DNA of 17,395 nt from Promethearchaeota archaeon (GTDB lineage: Archaea > Asgardarchaeota > Lokiarchaeia > Sigyniarchaeales > SOKP01): positions 1-17,395 of the forward strand of contig JBHLPW010000083.1 of assembly GCA_048939015.1 (NCBI GenBank), written 5' to 3'. The notes below the pieces were generated by a model. The model saw only the letters and a list, made by a program, of their open reading frames with translations, had not been told where the DNA came from and searched no databases. Numbering within the stretch: position 1 is the first letter of the stretch; each line of letters starts with the position of its first letter. A program made the position numbers and the translations under genes. This document shows positions 15,944-17,395 of this stretch, in pieces.

Positions 15944-17260
15944 ATGGGTTTTGATATGGAAAGTAGTGATGCTGAATTAAAGAGATTTTATGTAGGAATT
16001 TTTTCGCTTAATTATTTTGTACAAGGGATAAATCAATCGATGTTTACAACAATAATCCCGATATATCTATTTTACTTATTATCACCTGCGCCTGTAGATG
16101 CCGGTCAAATCGCTTCAATGATGTCAATCATCCTTCTTCCATTTGGAGTAAAATTTCTTTATGGAATCGTATCTGATAAAATAGGATTCAAAAATTTGGG
16201 TAGGAGAAAACCATGGATAATAATGGCATCATTTTTATCTGGTATAATTTGGATATTATTTCCATTTATACTAACACCCATCAATGCTTTGAGTTTAGTA
16301 ACCATTTTAGGGATTATAATTGTCATTGGCGTGGCTATGGCGGATACTGCTATTGATGGATTTATCTTAGATTTATACCCCAAAGAAAAATTAGGGCGAG
16401 TTCAAGGAATTTGTTGGGGGTTTAGATCAGTAGGGATAATAGCCGGTGGACCCTTATTGGTAATGTTAATTATATTCACGGGAGGAACCACAGAAACGAT
16501 TTTCATAGGACTAGGTATTGCCATGATGGCTTTCTCATTTACTACTTTGACTATTAAAGATAGAGTAACAAAAATTCAGGTAAATGCGGTCGAGAACCTT
16601 AAAGTAATCTTTGGGAAGAGAAAAAATTGGAAAGTGTATGCTTTCTCTTTATTTAATGCCTTTTGTGATGGGATAATTTTCGTACTTATACCTCTTTTTA
16701 TACTAATTCAAATGGGTTTAGTGAGTGCTACTGGTGCATCAATGGATATTATAGGTGATCCAACCCAGCAACAGCTATATGCTCCACAAGCTTTCATTAC
16801 TTTTATAATTGGTTTAGGAGTAATAACTGGAGCTCTTATTGGGGGGAGAATAGCCGATTTACAATCTAGGAAACGAAGTGTTATTATTGGATTTACTTTA
16901 ACTATAATTTCTTTCTTGCTATTCATAATACCAATTATTTGGCCTGTATTAATCATATTCGCTTTAATAGTAGGTTCATCTGCGGGTTGGAGAAATTCTG
17001 CCTTTTCTGCTGTTATAGGTCAAGAATCGCAACAATATCCTGAGATGGATAGTACTTATTATGCAACATGTAATTCCTTTACTAATGTAGGTTCAACAAT
17101 TGGATTACAAACAACGAGTATTTTAATTGGAATCTTAGCGGGTTTCCAAACCTTTTGGATTTATGCAATTGTCTTTTTGTTTTTGGCAATTGTTATGAAT
17201 ATAGGTTTTGGTACATTTTTTATTTTAGATCCCAAAGATTATGAGGTTAATATCGAATGA
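15944..17260 (+). CDS. MFS transporter, AmpG/peptide-acetyl-CoA (PAT)-like
   Basis: About 12 hydrophobic segments. Motifs LPFGVKFLYGIVSD...GRRKPWI, ADTAIDG and GGRIADLQSRKR (motif A-like). Confidence 0.88.
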   Translation: MGFDMESSDAELKRFYVGIFSLNYFVQGINQSMFTTIIPIYLFYLLSPAPVDAGQIASMMSIILLPFGVKFLYGIVSDKIGFKNLGRRKPWIIMASFLSGIIWILFPFILTPINALSLVTILGIIIVIGVAMADTAIDGFILDLYPKEKLGRVQGICWGFRSVGIIAGGPLLVMLIIFTGGTTETIFIGLGIAMMAFSFTTLTIKDRVTKIQVNAVENLKVIFGKRKNWKVYAFSLFNAFCDGIIFVLIPLFILIQMGLVSATGASMDIIGDPTQQQLYAPQAFITFIIGLGVITGALIGGRIADLQSRKRSVIIGFTLTIISFLLFIIPIIWPVLIIFALIVGSSAGWRNSAFSAVIGQESQQYPEMDSTYYATCNSFTNVGSTIGLQTTSILIGILAGFQTFWIYAIVFLFLAIVMNIGFGTFFILDPKDYEVNIE

Positions 17261-17287
17261 AATATTTAAGATATTTTTAACCAATTC

Positions 17288-17296
17288 TTTTTTTTT
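17288..17296 (+). terminator. Oligo-T tract after the MFS gene
   Basis: T9 about 27 bp after the stop codon. Confidence 0.45.
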
Positions 17297-17395
17297 AATT
17301 ATCTTATTTTTCGAAAAATATTTATCATTATATAATGATTACTTTCACATATTTCTAAAGTAATTTTTAAAAGAAGGGTGTTTTATATTAAAATA

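Noticed and set aside
16159-16956. Minus-strand ORFs 16159-16383 and 16708-16956
   Set aside because: Antisense to the MFS gene.
1-17395. Selenoprotein, CRISPR, tRNA/rRNA or IS elements
   Set aside because: No gene is interrupted by an internal UGA at a Cys-equivalent position. I saw no regularly spaced repeats, GC-rich structured RNA, transposase or terminal inverted repeats.

Overview
This is an AT-rich (roughly 28-30% GC by eye) archaeal-looking window. GGTGA/GGAGG-type Shine-Dalgarno sites, oligo-T terminators, an AbrB-PhoU regulator and the gene families present suggest an Asgard/Lokiarchaeia-like anaerobe (inference, not verified). Bases 1-10415 form a complete phosphate-homeostasis cluster. 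A low-affinity PiT module with three DUF47 (PhoU-fold) genes converges on a high-affinity module: pstS, fused pstC-pstA, pstB, phoU and a trailing transglutaminase-like gene. That module is divergent from an AbrB-PhoU one-component regulator, and no phoR/phoB is present. The most striking unexplained structure is a recurrent DNA motif, TCTATATA-N3-TATATAGA (TATATA cores at a 9-bp period, core palindrome CTATATAG). It or its core palindrome lies upstream of five phosphate genes and is absent from the other intergenic regions, making it a candidate archaeal 'Pho box'. Bases 10560-17260 hold a phytoene-desaturase-family flavoprotein coupled to an FNR/2Fe-2S reductase, an MBL-fold hydrolase, a Cys-rich 4Fe-4S protein, a 56-aa ORF missed by the ORF track, and an AmpG-like MFS transporter. 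I saw no RNA genes, CRISPR arrays or mobile elements.
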